Source: Planctomycetota bacterium
GTDB lineage: Bacteria; Planctomycetota; UBA8108; SXIK01
Reading direction: 5' to 3'
DNA length: 64,000 nucleotides
NCBI GenBank assembly: GCA_965223845.1
Contig: CBDCXR010000004.1
Span: forward strand, 7,168,001-7,232,000
Shown here: piece after piece, positions 9,801 through 18,568 of the stretch
Position numbering within the stretch: position 1 is the stretch's first letter
How the letters are laid out: each line of letters starts with the position of its first letter
The notes under the pieces: generated by a model
What the model saw: the letters and a program-made list of their open reading frames with translations, nothing else
The model's database searches: none
Told to the model about the DNA's origin: nothing
Translations under genes and position numbers: made by a program

Positions 9801-10564
9801 TTATCCTCCGGCGAAAGAAGGAGGAGGTCGCACCGGATCTGCCTCCGCGCTTCGAAGAGACGATCCTCTGCGAGATGGAATCGGAGCAGAAGAAGATCTA
9901 CCGCGAGCTGAAGGAGCGATGTCGAAACTCCGTGCTCGCGCAGGTCAAGGCGAAGGGGATGGCGCGGTCGAAGCTCCACATCCTCGAAGCGCTCCTCCGT
10001 CTCCGCCAGGCCGCTTGCCACCCGGCGCTCATCGACGAAAAGCACGGCGGCGCGGCGTCCGGCAAGATGACCGCCCTTCTCGGCATGCTCGAACAGGTCG
10101 AGGACGAAGGGCACAAGGTGCTCATCTTCTCGCAGTTCACCTCACTCCTCGCGCTCGTCCGAGAGCAGCTTGACGCGGCGGGGCAGGTGTACGAGTACCT
10201 CGACGGTCAGACGCGCGACCGCGCGGAACGCGTCGATCGCTTCCAGAACGATGATTCCTGCCGCGTGTTCCTGATCAGCCTCAAGGCGGGCGGCGTCGGA
10301 CTCAATCTCACCGCGGCGGACTACGTCTTCATTCTCGATCCGTGGTGGAACCCAGCCGTCGAAGCGCAGGCGATCGACCGGGCCCATCGCATTGGGCAAG
10401 ACAAGAAAGTCTTCGCGTACCGCTTCGTCTCCGAGTCGACGATCGAGGAGCGCATCGCCCAGATGCAGGAGTCGAAGCGAAAGCTCGCGGATGCGATCGT
10501 GAGTGCGGACGAGAACATCATGCGCGACATGACGAAAGAGGATCTCGAGGTCCTCTTCAGCTAG
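6848..10564 (+). CDS. SNF2-family (SWI2/SNF2) ATPase with Lys-rich and Arg/Gly-rich N-terminal extension
   Basis: LADDMGLGKT, ILDEAQ, LSGTPVEN, FSQF, SLKAGGVGLNL and DPWWNPAVEAQAIDRAHRIGQ motifs. TTG start with AGAGG 7 nt upstream. Confidence 0.95.
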   Translation: MASTPSDKSAKKKSKKKTSTGTKKKTSKSAATKTTKSTSKKKKTTKKKVAKKTAKKTTKRSASSSSPASSKAKSSKNGSAATGANPSDAPTPPEVAEGRAAPRRSGARNAGANTARDDARSRSGARPAARRTADARPRTSDAGDAPSSGSTRSPRDVESSTTVETRSAPPGDAPSRRDSRYRGRRGEPSGGSNNGRAPNRGPQRRPASGPGGRRGGRRRPPGQHEARRGASPEGDLNGRRDGSPARTHSSRTGPSAHPQRGRGPRRRPHPQRSPRRQHGHRGARGPRLPDGPAGLVYVVDASAPIGSTGVLRVYYRQPRAGGGDAGRGSKQQRRRTASLTPLTIDRQLSRHAKHPLDHRITGLLLRLPRQSKSAARKKTRGPQRKKARTKIVPGSAVTVTEKAWRTLMPWLLETKRFFLLQPGSQQRAVPVIEEELVPLQFHLLLERIKKRGDFHLTCRFVRGNKTLLYKSQVLLITDGEEGMLLRRSGRISKVQFDGSVAWLKALRRGRFRHVPKRKIASLLKIFERSTTLPMVHFPSVLRVKPIEGVEPRPELKLDSGTQEVDAEVTFRYGENLVRAARPGKRFFSLKQRCLVVRNLDAEGARAVELLQAGFTYDNNKHSFGLSADLLVTAAPALFELGWTLHGKRMPFRPPTGMDVDVTTGPDYIDVDVTVRFGDQKIKVPQLLEAMREGNRMIVLKQGVVGVLPSDWIEKNAAWMELGQLHGDKLRLRRNQSSMIDALVEENIKARLDQGFSFEKNRLEGFEGVEECDPTDDFCGELRAYQRFGLGWLRFLDRMAWGGCLADDMGLGKTVQALALLQLHKADGREGTTLVVAPKSLIFNWEREAKKFTPDLRCASYHGPKRAQLLESIEDYDLLFTTYGTVRQDVEILSQQQFFYVILDEAQAIKNVDSQNSKSARLLNAERRLILSGTPVENHLGELWSLFDFINPGMLGTYAAFKRRFGGERGVDSGSLAFLRRTLRPFILRRKKEEVAPDLPPRFEETILCEMESEQKKIYRELKERCRNSVLAQVKAKGMARSKLHILEALLRLRQAACHPALIDEKHGGAASGKMTALLGMLEQVEDEGHKVLIFSQFTSLLALVREQLDAAGQVYEYLDGQTRDRAERVDRFQNDDSCRVFLISLKAGGVGLNLTAADYVFILDPWWNPAVEAQAIDRAHRIGQDKKVFAYRFVSESTIEERIAQMQESKRKLADAIVSADENIMRDMTKEDLEVLFS

Positions 10565-10603
10565 ATCCGTCGCGAGCGGCTTCGCGAGCCCCGCTCGACG
10601 GAT
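10565..10603. terminator. Hairpin directly after the SNF2 stop, between convergent genes
   Basis: ATCCGTCGCGAGCGG pairs with CCGCTCGACGGAT (2-nt bulge); no clear U-tract. Confidence 0.45.
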
Positions 10604-10671
10604 TCACACGCGAAAGCGAGCGTTTGGCTCGATTCGATCCGCAGTGCGCGATTCCCTAGCGGCGCTGCCGA

Positions 10672-11151
10672 TCAGTGGGGCGGGGCCGCACCCCGCGACC
10701 ACCGGCGCCACGGCAGGAGCACACCGCTCTCCGCCCACCCGAGCTCGCCTCGGACCTCGAGGATGACGCGCACCGTCTTTCCCCCGTAGTCGCCGATCAG
10801 CTCTCGGCAACTGCCGCAGGGAGGGAGCACGAAGAGGCGTCCGTTGTGCTCTCTCGGTTTCGGATGGCGGATCGCGACGCACCCGACGATCGAGTCTTCG
10901 CCCGCCGTCATCGCCCGCCCGATGGCCACTTTTTCGGCACACACGGCGGGCTCGCCGATCACCCCCTGCAAGTGAACGCCGGCGTAGATGGCCCCCGTTC
11001 CGCCGCGGACGGCCGCGCCGACGTGGTGACGCCCCTCAGCGAAGCGGTGGGTAATGATCTCGGCGGCGGAGTCGTAGAGTTCCCGATCCACCGGCTCGAG
11101 CGGGAGGAGTGCCGGGAGTTCGAGCGCGCCAGGAAGGTGCGAGTCGGACAT
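10672..11151 (-). CDS. Cytidine deaminase family, blasticidin-S deaminase (Bsr)-like
   Basis: HHVGAAVR, VCAE, AIRHP and PCGSCRELI: a three-Cys zinc site with the catalytic Glu. Confidence 0.85.
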   Translation of the reverse strand: MSDSHLPGALELPALLPLEPVDRELYDSAAEIITHRFAEGRHHVGAAVRGGTGAIYAGVHLQGVIGEPAVCAEKVAIGRAMTAGEDSIVGCVAIRHPKPREHNGRLFVLPPCGSCRELIGDYGGKTVRVILEVRGELGWAESGVLLPWRRWSRGAAPPH

Positions 11152-11247
11152 GAGGTAGAGACGAGAGGGAAGTGTGGGGTCCCGAGTTATCGGCGGCGCT
11201 CGCCTAGCGGGCCCGGTTCCTTCTATCGTCCGAAGCGGCGTCCGTCC

Positions 11248-12348
11248 TCAGCCGCTCGAGCGACCGAGCGGGTGACGGCGTTCGGCGAGTGGAAGCCGAA
11301 CGGGCGCGTCCGCCCGGTGAGACGCGTACGTCGCGAGAATCATCTCGAGGGCGGCGCGTCCGTCGTAGACGCTGCCGCGAGGTCTCCGCCCGTCCTCGAT
11401 CGATGCGATGAGATCCTTCGCGATGAGAACGTTTCCCATGTGGAGCCCGCCGTCGGCGAGCGGCTCGGGGGCTCCGAGCCCCGCGCTCGTGATCGGGATC
11501 CACTCCGCGCCGCTCCGCCCTGGCGACCACGAGGGATCCTCGATGAAGTGCGCGGCCGGGAGGCTTCCCGTGCGGAGAGTGACCGCGCCGCGGCTGCCAA
11601 GAATGTGAAGGCCGAAGCGCTGCGCTGCGCCGTGCCTTGCGCGATGCGTCGAAAAGGTCGCGACCGTCGGACTCTGAAAGCGGTAGAGCGCGTGGATCTC
11701 ATCCCCGGCGAGGGGACCGATTCCTTCGGCGCCGTCGCGCACCTCGTTTGGCGTGACAGGCTTTCCGTTTTCCAGCACGTGGGCGAAGCACGATACGGGA
11801 TCTCCCGCGAAGAGTCGCATGAGATCCATGATGTGCGTTCCGAGCACCATGAGATCTTCGCCGCCGCCGCGGCGGTCTTCCTTTCCGCGTCCGCGCAGCT
11901 CGAGGATGTCTCCGAGACGCCCCGCACGGATGAGCGCTTCGATTTGAGCGACGCGCGGGCTGTAGCGCGTCTGGTGGCAGATCGCGAGTTGAACGTGCGC
12001 GCGCTCGCAGGCATCGACCATCTCATCCGCCTCTTCGAGATTCCGGCACATCGGCTTCTCGAGAAGCACGTGGCACCCGTAGCTCACGGCGGCGAGCACC
12101 ATGTCGCGATGGCAATCGAGCCAGCGGGGAGCGACGCTCACGATCTGCGGTCGCTCCTTGTCGAGCATCTCGCGATAGTCCGCGTACGCGCGCGGGGCGC
12201 CGGTCCGCTGAGCGGCCGCGGCGCGACCCGCGTCGTTTTCGTCCGCAACGGCGACGACCGTCGTCCTCGGGACGTCCCTCCAAACGGTGTCCAGTCCGTG
12301 CCCGTAGTTCCCTCGCCCGGTTCTGCCGATGATCGCGACCTTGTACAT
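11248..12348 (-). CDS. Gfo/Idh/MocA oxidoreductase
   Basis: KVAIIGRTGRGNYGHG, LEKP and LMVLGTHIMDL motifs. Confidence 0.9.
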   Translation of the reverse strand: MYKVAIIGRTGRGNYGHGLDTVWRDVPRTTVVAVADENDAGRAAAAQRTGAPRAYADYREMLDKERPQIVSVAPRWLDCHRDMVLAAVSYGCHVLLEKPMCRNLEEADEMVDACERAHVQLAICHQTRYSPRVAQIEALIRAGRLGDILELRGRGKEDRRGGGEDLMVLGTHIMDLMRLFAGDPVSCFAHVLENGKPVTPNEVRDGAEGIGPLAGDEIHALYRFQSPTVATFSTHRARHGAAQRFGLHILGSRGAVTLRTGSLPAAHFIEDPSWSPGRSGAEWIPITSAGLGAPEPLADGGLHMGNVLIAKDLIASIEDGRRPRGSVYDGRAALEMILATYASHRADAPVRLPLAERRHPLGRSSG

Positions 12349-12433
12349 CGAGCGGATCCCTCGTCTTGCCGCCAGGAGTTTCAAGCCTAGGGGAGACATT
12401 GTAGCCCGAGTCCCGCGAGCGCCGGAGTCGCCG

Positions 12434-12462
12434 TTCAATCGAGCGTCGCCCCCGAGTATCCT
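12434..12462 (+). promoter_or_regulatory. Sigma70-like promoter, probably giving a leaderless DUF6285 mRNA
   Basis: TTCAAT, 17 bp, TATCCT, with ATG 8 nt downstream and no SD. A divergent TACAAT -10 lies on the minus strand at 12398-12403. Confidence 0.4.
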
Positions 12463-12470
12463 CATTAGCG

Positions 12471-12911
12471 ATGCAGGACTCTCCCGAACTTCCCCAGCTC
12501 ATCGCCAGCGTCGAGCGGTTTCTCCGCGAAGAGTGGCTTCCGCGCGCAGCGGATGCACGCAGTCGATTTCGGCTCCTCGTCGCCATGCACGTCCTCGGCG
12601 TGGCCGCGCGGGAGGCGACTCTCGGAGCGGAGCTCGATGCACGCGAGCTCGAGCGACTCTCTCGTCTCGTCGGCGGTGAACGCGACGGGGACGACGAGGC
12701 GAGCGGTGCCGCGTCGACGGACGCCGATCGATTGCGCGCACTGAACGATCAGCTAGTGACGGACATCCGCGAGGGACGCGTCGCCGCCCGGCCGGGAACG
12801 GAGGCCTGGGCTCACCTCAAAGCGACTGCGATCGAGAAGCTTCGCATCGCGAATCCCGCATATCTCGCTCGGGTCGGCGTCGACCCCGAGGCCCGCGGAG
12901 ACACGAGATGA
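12471..12911 (+). CDS. DUF6285 (LvaB-like) small protein
   Basis: MQDSP..L+.SV..FLR, RF...VA..VL....RE, L...IR.G and KL.IANP.Y match this family's pattern. Confidence 0.8.
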   Translation: MQDSPELPQLIASVERFLREEWLPRAADARSRFRLLVAMHVLGVAAREATLGAELDARELERLSRLVGGERDGDDEASGAASTDADRLRALNDQLVTDIREGRVAARPGTEAWAHLKATAIEKLRIANPAYLARVGVDPEARGDTR

Positions 12912-14923
12912 CCGCGTCCGATCAAGGACTCGAGTCGCTCATGCGCGCGGACGAGTCGATCTTCGTCCTGAGAACGCACGCGCCGGGGCCGCGCGGCTCG
13001 CTCCCGCTCGACGCTCGGCTCCTTCGCGAGAGCCCGAGCGGCGATCTGTTCGCGCTTACGCAGAACGCCGGCATGGGTTGGAATCCGGCCGAGGTGCTCC
13101 GCGATCCGTTCCTCATTCTGAGCACGAAGGGGGGAATCCGCGAGGCCGACGGGCGTCCGATCGCCCTCGGCTACCACACCGGTCACTGGGAGGTCGGTCT
13201 CCTCGCGGAGGCGGCGGCGCGAGAGCTGCGCGCGCTCGGACGCCTACCTCACGCCGCGTTCGTCAGCGATCCCTGCGATGGCCGCTCGCAAGGGACGACC
13301 GCGATGATGGACAGCCTCGCGTACCGAAACGACGCGGCGATCGTACTGCGCCGATTGATTCGTTCGCTCCCGACGGCGCGCGGCGTGCTCGGCATCGCGA
13401 CGTGCGACAAAGGTCTCCCGGCGATGATGCTCGCGATCGCGGGCGAAGGTCGGCTGCCCGGGGTGATCGTGCCGGGCGGTGTAACGCTGCCGCCCACCGA
13501 CGGTGAGGATGCAGGCCGCGTGCAGTCTCTCGGCGCGCGTTTCGCGCACGGTGAGGTCAGCCTCGAGGAGGCCGCCGCGCTCGCCTGCCGCGCGTGCGGG
13601 TCACCGGGCGGAGGCTGTCAGTTCCTAGGAACGGCGGCGACGTCGCAGGTCATCGCCGAGGCGCTCGGTCTCAGCGTTCCGCACTCGGCGCTCGCTCCGT
13701 CGGGGGAGTCGGTGTGGCTCGACGTCGCACGGCGCTCGGCGATCGCGCTCGCTCGCGCGAGCGAGCGCGGGGCGACGACGGCCGACGTTCTCACCGAGTC
13801 GGCGCTCCGCAATGCCATGGCCGTCCACGCGGCCTTCGGCGGCTCGACAAACTTGCTTCTCCACATCCCCGCGATCGCGCACGCCGCTGGTCTTCACCGT
13901 CCGGACGTTCGCGAATGGACGCGCGTCAATCAAGCCGTGCCGCGTCTCGTCGACGTCCTTCCGAACGGTCCCGTCGGCCATCCGACCGTTCGCGTTTTTC
14001 TCGCCGGCGGCGTGCCCGAGGTGATGCTGCACCTTCGCGCGCTCGGACTTCTCGACCTCGAAGCGAAGACCGTGACCGGTGCGAGCGTCGGGGACGTCCT
14101 CGCCTGGTGGGAAGCGAGTGAACGACGCGAGCGCTTCCGCGCGCTCCTGTCGTCCGCCGACGGCGTCGATCCCGACGGCGTGATCTTGGCGCCCGAGCGA
14201 GCGCGCGTCGCGGGACTGACGAGCACCGTGACTTTTCCGATGGGGAACCTCGCTCCCGAAGGCTCGGTGATCAAGAGCACGGCGATCGACCCGAGCCTCG
14301 TCGACGAGGACGGCGTTTACCGCAAGGTCGGCCCGGCGCGAGTTTTCGTGAGCGAGCGCGCCGCGATCGAAGCGATCAAGTCGTCCGGCGCCGATCGAGT
14401 TCGGCCCGGGGACGTCCTCGCCCTCATCGGCCGCGGACCGATAGGCGCCGGGATGGAGGAGATCTACCAGATCACCGCGGCGCTCCGGTATCTCAGCTTC
14501 GGGAAGGAGATCGCTGTCATCACGGACGCGCGCTTCTCCGGCGTGTCGACCGGCGCCTGCGTCGGCCACGTCGGGCCCGAGGCTCTCGCCGGTGGACCGA
14601 TCGGGAAGCTACACGACGGCGACCGGATCCGCATCGCGATTGATTGCGGTCGGCTCGAGGGGCGCGTCGACTTCATCGGCGACGCTGAATCCGGGGAATT
14701 GAGTCCCGAAGACGGAGCGCGAGTGCTCGCGTCTCGACCGCCGCGCGACGATCTCGTTCCCGATTCGAGTCTTCCCGCCGACACGCGGCTCTGGGCGGTG
14801 CTCCAGGACGCGAGCGGCGGAACGTGGGGCGGATGTGTCTACGATGTGGACGCGATCATCGATGCGCTCGGGTCTTCCAAGAAAGAGATTCACACGAAGG
14901 GCGCGGACGAAACGCGGAATTGA
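12908..14923 (+). CDS. YjhG/YagF-family D-xylonate dehydratase (IlvD/Edd superfamily)
   Basis: [42 protein letters not shown] and TDARFSG motifs; ATGA overlap with the upstream gene. Confidence 0.92.
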   Translation: MTASDQGLESLMRADESIFVLRTHAPGPRGSLPLDARLLRESPSGDLFALTQNAGMGWNPAEVLRDPFLILSTKGGIREADGRPIALGYHTGHWEVGLLAEAAARELRALGRLPHAAFVSDPCDGRSQGTTAMMDSLAYRNDAAIVLRRLIRSLPTARGVLGIATCDKGLPAMMLAIAGEGRLPGVIVPGGVTLPPTDGEDAGRVQSLGARFAHGEVSLEEAAALACRACGSPGGGCQFLGTAATSQVIAEALGLSVPHSALAPSGESVWLDVARRSAIALARASERGATTADVLTESALRNAMAVHAAFGGSTNLLLHIPAIAHAAGLHRPDVREWTRVNQAVPRLVDVLPNGPVGHPTVRVFLAGGVPEVMLHLRALGLLDLEAKTVTGASVGDVLAWWEASERRERFRALLSSADGVDPDGVILAPERARVAGLTSTVTFPMGNLAPEGSVIKSTAIDPSLVDEDGVYRKVGPARVFVSERAAIEAIKSSGADRVRPGDVLALIGRGPIGAGMEEIYQITAALRYLSFGKEIAVITDARFSGVSTGACVGHVGPEALAGGPIGKLHDGDRIRIAIDCGRLEGRVDFIGDAESGELSPEDGARVLASRPPRDDLVPDSSLPADTRLWAVLQDASGGTWGGCVYDVDAIIDALGSSKKEIHTKGADETRN

Positions 14924-15090
14924 GAACGAAAGAGCCGACGAGAACGCCGCGCTGAGTCTACCCGCGCAGCGGTCGGCCGAGGGGCGGAGCATCGACTCCC
15001 GTCCATGGTTCGGCTTGAAGAATCGGGAACGGACTGCGAACACCGACTCGCGAAGCGACCCTCACTCGCATCGAACGAGGATGGAGACTC

Positions 15091-16434
15091 ATGAACCGAC
15101 GATCGTTTCTGCACCAGATGACGACGGGAGCTGCGCTCGCCGGAGCGGCGTGGGGCGGCTCGAACACTCTTCGCGCGGCTCAGGCGCCGGAGCCGGACCC
15201 TCCGACCTCTGATCCGCTCCGCATCACTCGCGTGCGTGCGTTCCTCACCGCTCCGGGCGGCATCCGCCTCGTGGTCGTCCGCGTGGAGACGAGCGAGCCG
15301 GGGCTCTACGGACTCGGCTGCGGCACGTTCACCCAGCGCGCGCGCACGGTCGTCACCGCGGTCAACGACTACCTCGACCCTTTCCTCCGCGGGAAAAACC
15401 CGAACCACGTCGAGGATCTGTGGCAGGCGATGTTTCAGAGCTCGTACTGGAGAAACGGACCGGTCCTCATGAACGCGCTGAGCGGCGTCGACATGGCGCT
15501 CTGGGATATCAAGGGCAAGCGCGCGGGGATGCCGGTCTACGAGCTGCTCGGCGGGAAGTGCCGCGTCGGCGTGCCGGTCTACCGTCACGTCCACGCCGCG
15601 TCGCCCGAGGCCGCCGCCGACGGCGTTCGTCGCTTCATGGCGAAGGGTGTGCGGCACGTCCGCGTTCAGTTCAGCATCCCCGGGCAAGCCGCGTACGGTG
15701 CGCGCGGGAGCTCGGCCCGTGCGGGAAACGGACACTTCGCCGGCAATCGGTTCGAGCCCCGCAGCTACCGCTTGCTGATTCCGAAGTACTTCGCGCGACT
15801 CCGAGAGATCCTCGGCGACGAAATCGCTCTGCTCCACGATGTGCACGAGCGATTGCACCCGATTCAGGGAATCGGCCTCGCGAAGGACTTGGAGCCGTAC
15901 CATCTGTTCTTTCTCGAGGATCCGGTGGCACCGGAGGACGTCGACTATCTGCCGAAGCTGCGCGAGCAGACGTCGACACCGATCGCGATGGGTGAGCTCT
16001 TCAACAATCCGAACGAGTGGCTGAACATCATCTCGAGCCGGAGCATCGATTTCATCCGCTGCCATCTCTCGCAGATCGGCGGGATCACCGTCGGCAAGAA
16101 GCTCGCGGCGCTGTGTGAGTTCTTCCGCGTACGAACGGCGTGGCACGGGCCGGGAGATCTGACGCCGATCGGACACGCCGCCAATCTCCACCTCGACACC
16201 GCGATCTGGAATTTCGGCATCCAGGAGCTCGTCGATTTCAATGACGCGACGCACGAGGTCTTTCCTGGCGCGCCGCGGATGGGCGCGGGAATCGTCGAGC
16301 TCAGTGATCGACCGGGATTCGGCGTCGACTTCAACGAAGCGCTCGCGGCGAAGCATCCCATCCGCGACGATCCGCCGTTCGACCTCCATTGGGGCCAACT
16401 TCGGGGTGCGGACGGGACGATTCGCCGACCTTAG
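15091..16434 (+). CDS. Tat-exported mandelate racemase/enolase-superfamily acid-sugar dehydratase (RspA/ManD-like)
   Basis: MNRRSFL Tat signal; YWRNGPV, DMALWDIKGK, LHDVHERL, FFLEDP, MGE and AWHGPGD motifs; GGAG SD. Confidence 0.9.
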   Translation: MNRRSFLHQMTTGAALAGAAWGGSNTLRAAQAPEPDPPTSDPLRITRVRAFLTAPGGIRLVVVRVETSEPGLYGLGCGTFTQRARTVVTAVNDYLDPFLRGKNPNHVEDLWQAMFQSSYWRNGPVLMNALSGVDMALWDIKGKRAGMPVYELLGGKCRVGVPVYRHVHAASPEAAADGVRRFMAKGVRHVRVQFSIPGQAAYGARGSSARAGNGHFAGNRFEPRSYRLLIPKYFARLREILGDEIALLHDVHERLHPIQGIGLAKDLEPYHLFFLEDPVAPEDVDYLPKLREQTSTPIAMGELFNNPNEWLNIISSRSIDFIRCHLSQIGGITVGKKLAALCEFFRVRTAWHGPGDLTPIGHAANLHLDTAIWNFGIQELVDFNDATHEVFPGAPRMGAGIVELSDRPGFGVDFNEALAAKHPIRDDPPFDLHWGQLRGADGTIRRP

Positions 16435-16458
16435 CCGCCGCGTAATCGATGGGACGCG

Positions 16459-17268
16459 CTAGCGCAGCGCGGCCGCGAGCGCTGCGCGAGGAGTTGCGCG
16501 GACGAAGGCGACGAGGCCGGGGTAGGCCTCGTTCCAGGCTCGCGAACGCGAGAGGCCGTGGCGGAGCTCGAGGGTTACGGTTGGAGTGTCGAGGTCGATC
16601 CCCGCGTAGCTTCCGAGCGATCCCGGTGTTGGGTAGCCGATCGACGCGCGGAGCGGATACTTAGTCGCGCGGGCCATCGCTTCGGCGATCTCGCGCGCGG
16701 GACCGTCGTAGTTCACGCAATGAAGCGGTGAGTGGATCGCGAGGATGCGCGCCGGTCGAAACTGCCGCATCAGTTTGAGGACCGTGCGCGTCTCCGGCTC
16801 GCTTCCGGGGTAGAGCCCGTGGCGGCGGGCGGGCGTCCAGTTCTCTGCGGGAAAATTGCGATTGAGATCGACTCCGCGCACGTTGGTCCGCTGCCCCCGC
16901 GCGAGTCCGTCCGGATTGACGACCGGGACGACGACGAACCGCCGTCCGCGCAAGAGGGCCGGATCGGCGCGCACCTCGGCGATGAATCGCTCGAGGATGG
17001 GACCGCCGAGCGGCTCGTTGCCGTGCACGACGCCGAGGAGGAGGTACGTCTCTCGATCCCGCGCGGGCTCCTCGAGTGAGAGGATGGTCCCCCGAATCGG
17101 GAGTCCGTTCGTCGACACGCCGAACTGTTCTCGTTCGACGCGGACGCGCTCGTCGCGCTGGGGTGAAAACGGCGACACGCAGCCGATCGTCGCCGCACAG
17201 ATCGCCAGGGCAATGTAGAGACGCGCGCGAATCTGGAGCGCGCGCGTGAGAAAGAAGGGTGAGGGCAT
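16459..17268 (-). CDS. M14-like murein peptide amidase (MpaA-like), probable lipoprotein
   Basis: HGNE, NPDG, RTN.RGVDLNRNFP, SEPET, IH and TPGSLG motifs; N-terminal hydrophobic segment ending TIGC. Confidence 0.85.
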   Translation of the reverse strand: MPSPFFLTRALQIRARLYIALAICAATIGCVSPFSPQRDERVRVEREQFGVSTNGLPIRGTILSLEEPARDRETYLLLGVVHGNEPLGGPILERFIAEVRADPALLRGRRFVVVPVVNPDGLARGQRTNVRGVDLNRNFPAENWTPARRHGLYPGSEPETRTVLKLMRQFRPARILAIHSPLHCVNYDGPAREIAEAMARATKYPLRASIGYPTPGSLGSYAGIDLDTPTVTLELRHGLSRSRAWNEAYPGLVAFVRATPRAALAAALR

Positions 17269-17686
17269 CGTGGCTCCTTCGCCGTTCGTTTCGTCAGAGC
17301 TCGCTCTCCACGCCCCGAGGTCCGGGACGGGCGAGGCCGGAGGCGTTCGTCGAGTGTGAGCGACCATCGACGGAATTCGAGCGCGGCGATGGTCCGAAAA
17401 AGTCGTCGTGACGCCACCGGGACCGCGGCGACACCGGGCTCACTCGAACGACGACATCCGACGGACTCTTATCGGACAACGGACCCACATCACTTTGGCC
17501 TCACCCTAAAACACGCGCGTCGCTTGCAGTCTCGTGACCTCTCTCGGAGAATAGATCTCTGGCCACGTACAAAAGCGGGGCGTTGACCACGGAGCGACCG
17601 CCGGGGAGGCGGAGCGGGGCGGCTCCGGACACTACGCCGAGCCCCGAAGTGCGGCGGGTTTTCGTCGCCGATTGGAGACTATCCGT

Positions 17687-18478
17687 ATGAGTGATGACCG
17701 ACATCTCTACGCGATCATGCACCCGAACCACGCGCTGGTGGGGTCGATGCTGCCGCCGGAGGAGTTCGGAAAGCACTACACCCTCGGCAGCTCGCGCTAT
17801 TTTCACGGACAGGTGATTTTCGCCGAGATCGCGATCGACTTCCGTCACGACTATTTCCCGATCGACGAGAAGCTCGCCGACGTCAAGCCGAAGGTGGACG
17901 GGAGTCCGAAACGGACGAAGTTCATCAAGTCCTACCGGGTGCTCGAGCACATCGACTTCGGCGCGTTCAAGGACCTCTTTGTCACGTCTTCGGTCGGTGA
18001 GGTCCTCCGCCTCGAGAAGGCGCCCTACACCCGTGATCACCAGCCCGGGTTCATCCGCACGTTCCAGGAGATCTGCCCGCTCCACATGATCGTGCTGTCG
18101 TACATGGATCCGCCGGAATTCGGGAAGTACATCACCTCGCCGGGCGTCGCGAAGGGGGCTCCGAAGCTGTTCTTCGCGCAGATCGATCTCAACATCGACG
18201 AGTTCCTGTCGAAGCTCGCGACCGACCCGTTCGTCCAGTCGCCGCTTCCGAACGTCCACCCGCACAAGCTGCGCGATCAGATCCTCGAAATGCGCGCGAA
18301 TCCCGAGAAGGGCACGAAGGGAATCAGCCTCGACTCCGTGCTGGGCCAAATCTCGTTTCTCCGGCTCCGCACCGGCTTCTGGATCGCCGGCCACGACGAT
18401 CTTCTCTTCTACCCGATTCCGGATGCCGAGACGCTCCAGCGCGACCACTTCCAGTGGCTGCGCTCGCTCAGTCAATAG
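17687..18478 (+). CDS. Conserved hypothetical protein
   Basis: Clean 263-aa globular-looking ORF with GGAG SD and strongly biased codons; motifs ALVGSMLPPEEFGKHY and KSYRVLEH. No function recognised. Confidence 0.8.
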   Translation: MSDDRHLYAIMHPNHALVGSMLPPEEFGKHYTLGSSRYFHGQVIFAEIAIDFRHDYFPIDEKLADVKPKVDGSPKRTKFIKSYRVLEHIDFGAFKDLFVTSSVGEVLRLEKAPYTRDHQPGFIRTFQEICPLHMIVLSYMDPPEFGKYITSPGVAKGAPKLFFAQIDLNIDEFLSKLATDPFVQSPLPNVHPHKLRDQILEMRANPEKGTKGISLDSVLGQISFLRLRTGFWIAGHDDLLFYPIPDAETLQRDHFQWLRSLSQ

Positions 18479-18568
18479 CCTCAACATGGGATCGTGCTCT
18501 AGCGCGCTGACCGGCGAGCAGCCCGACGTGGTTCTGAGTGCTCGAGGTCTACGGCGCCAGCTTAGACG

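Noticed and set aside
7574-10114. 846-aa antisense ORF, and similar long shadow ORFs such as 10675-12390, 14890-16398 and 51568-52959
   Set aside because: They overlap well-supported genes on the opposite strand; stop-poor antisense frames are normal at this GC content.
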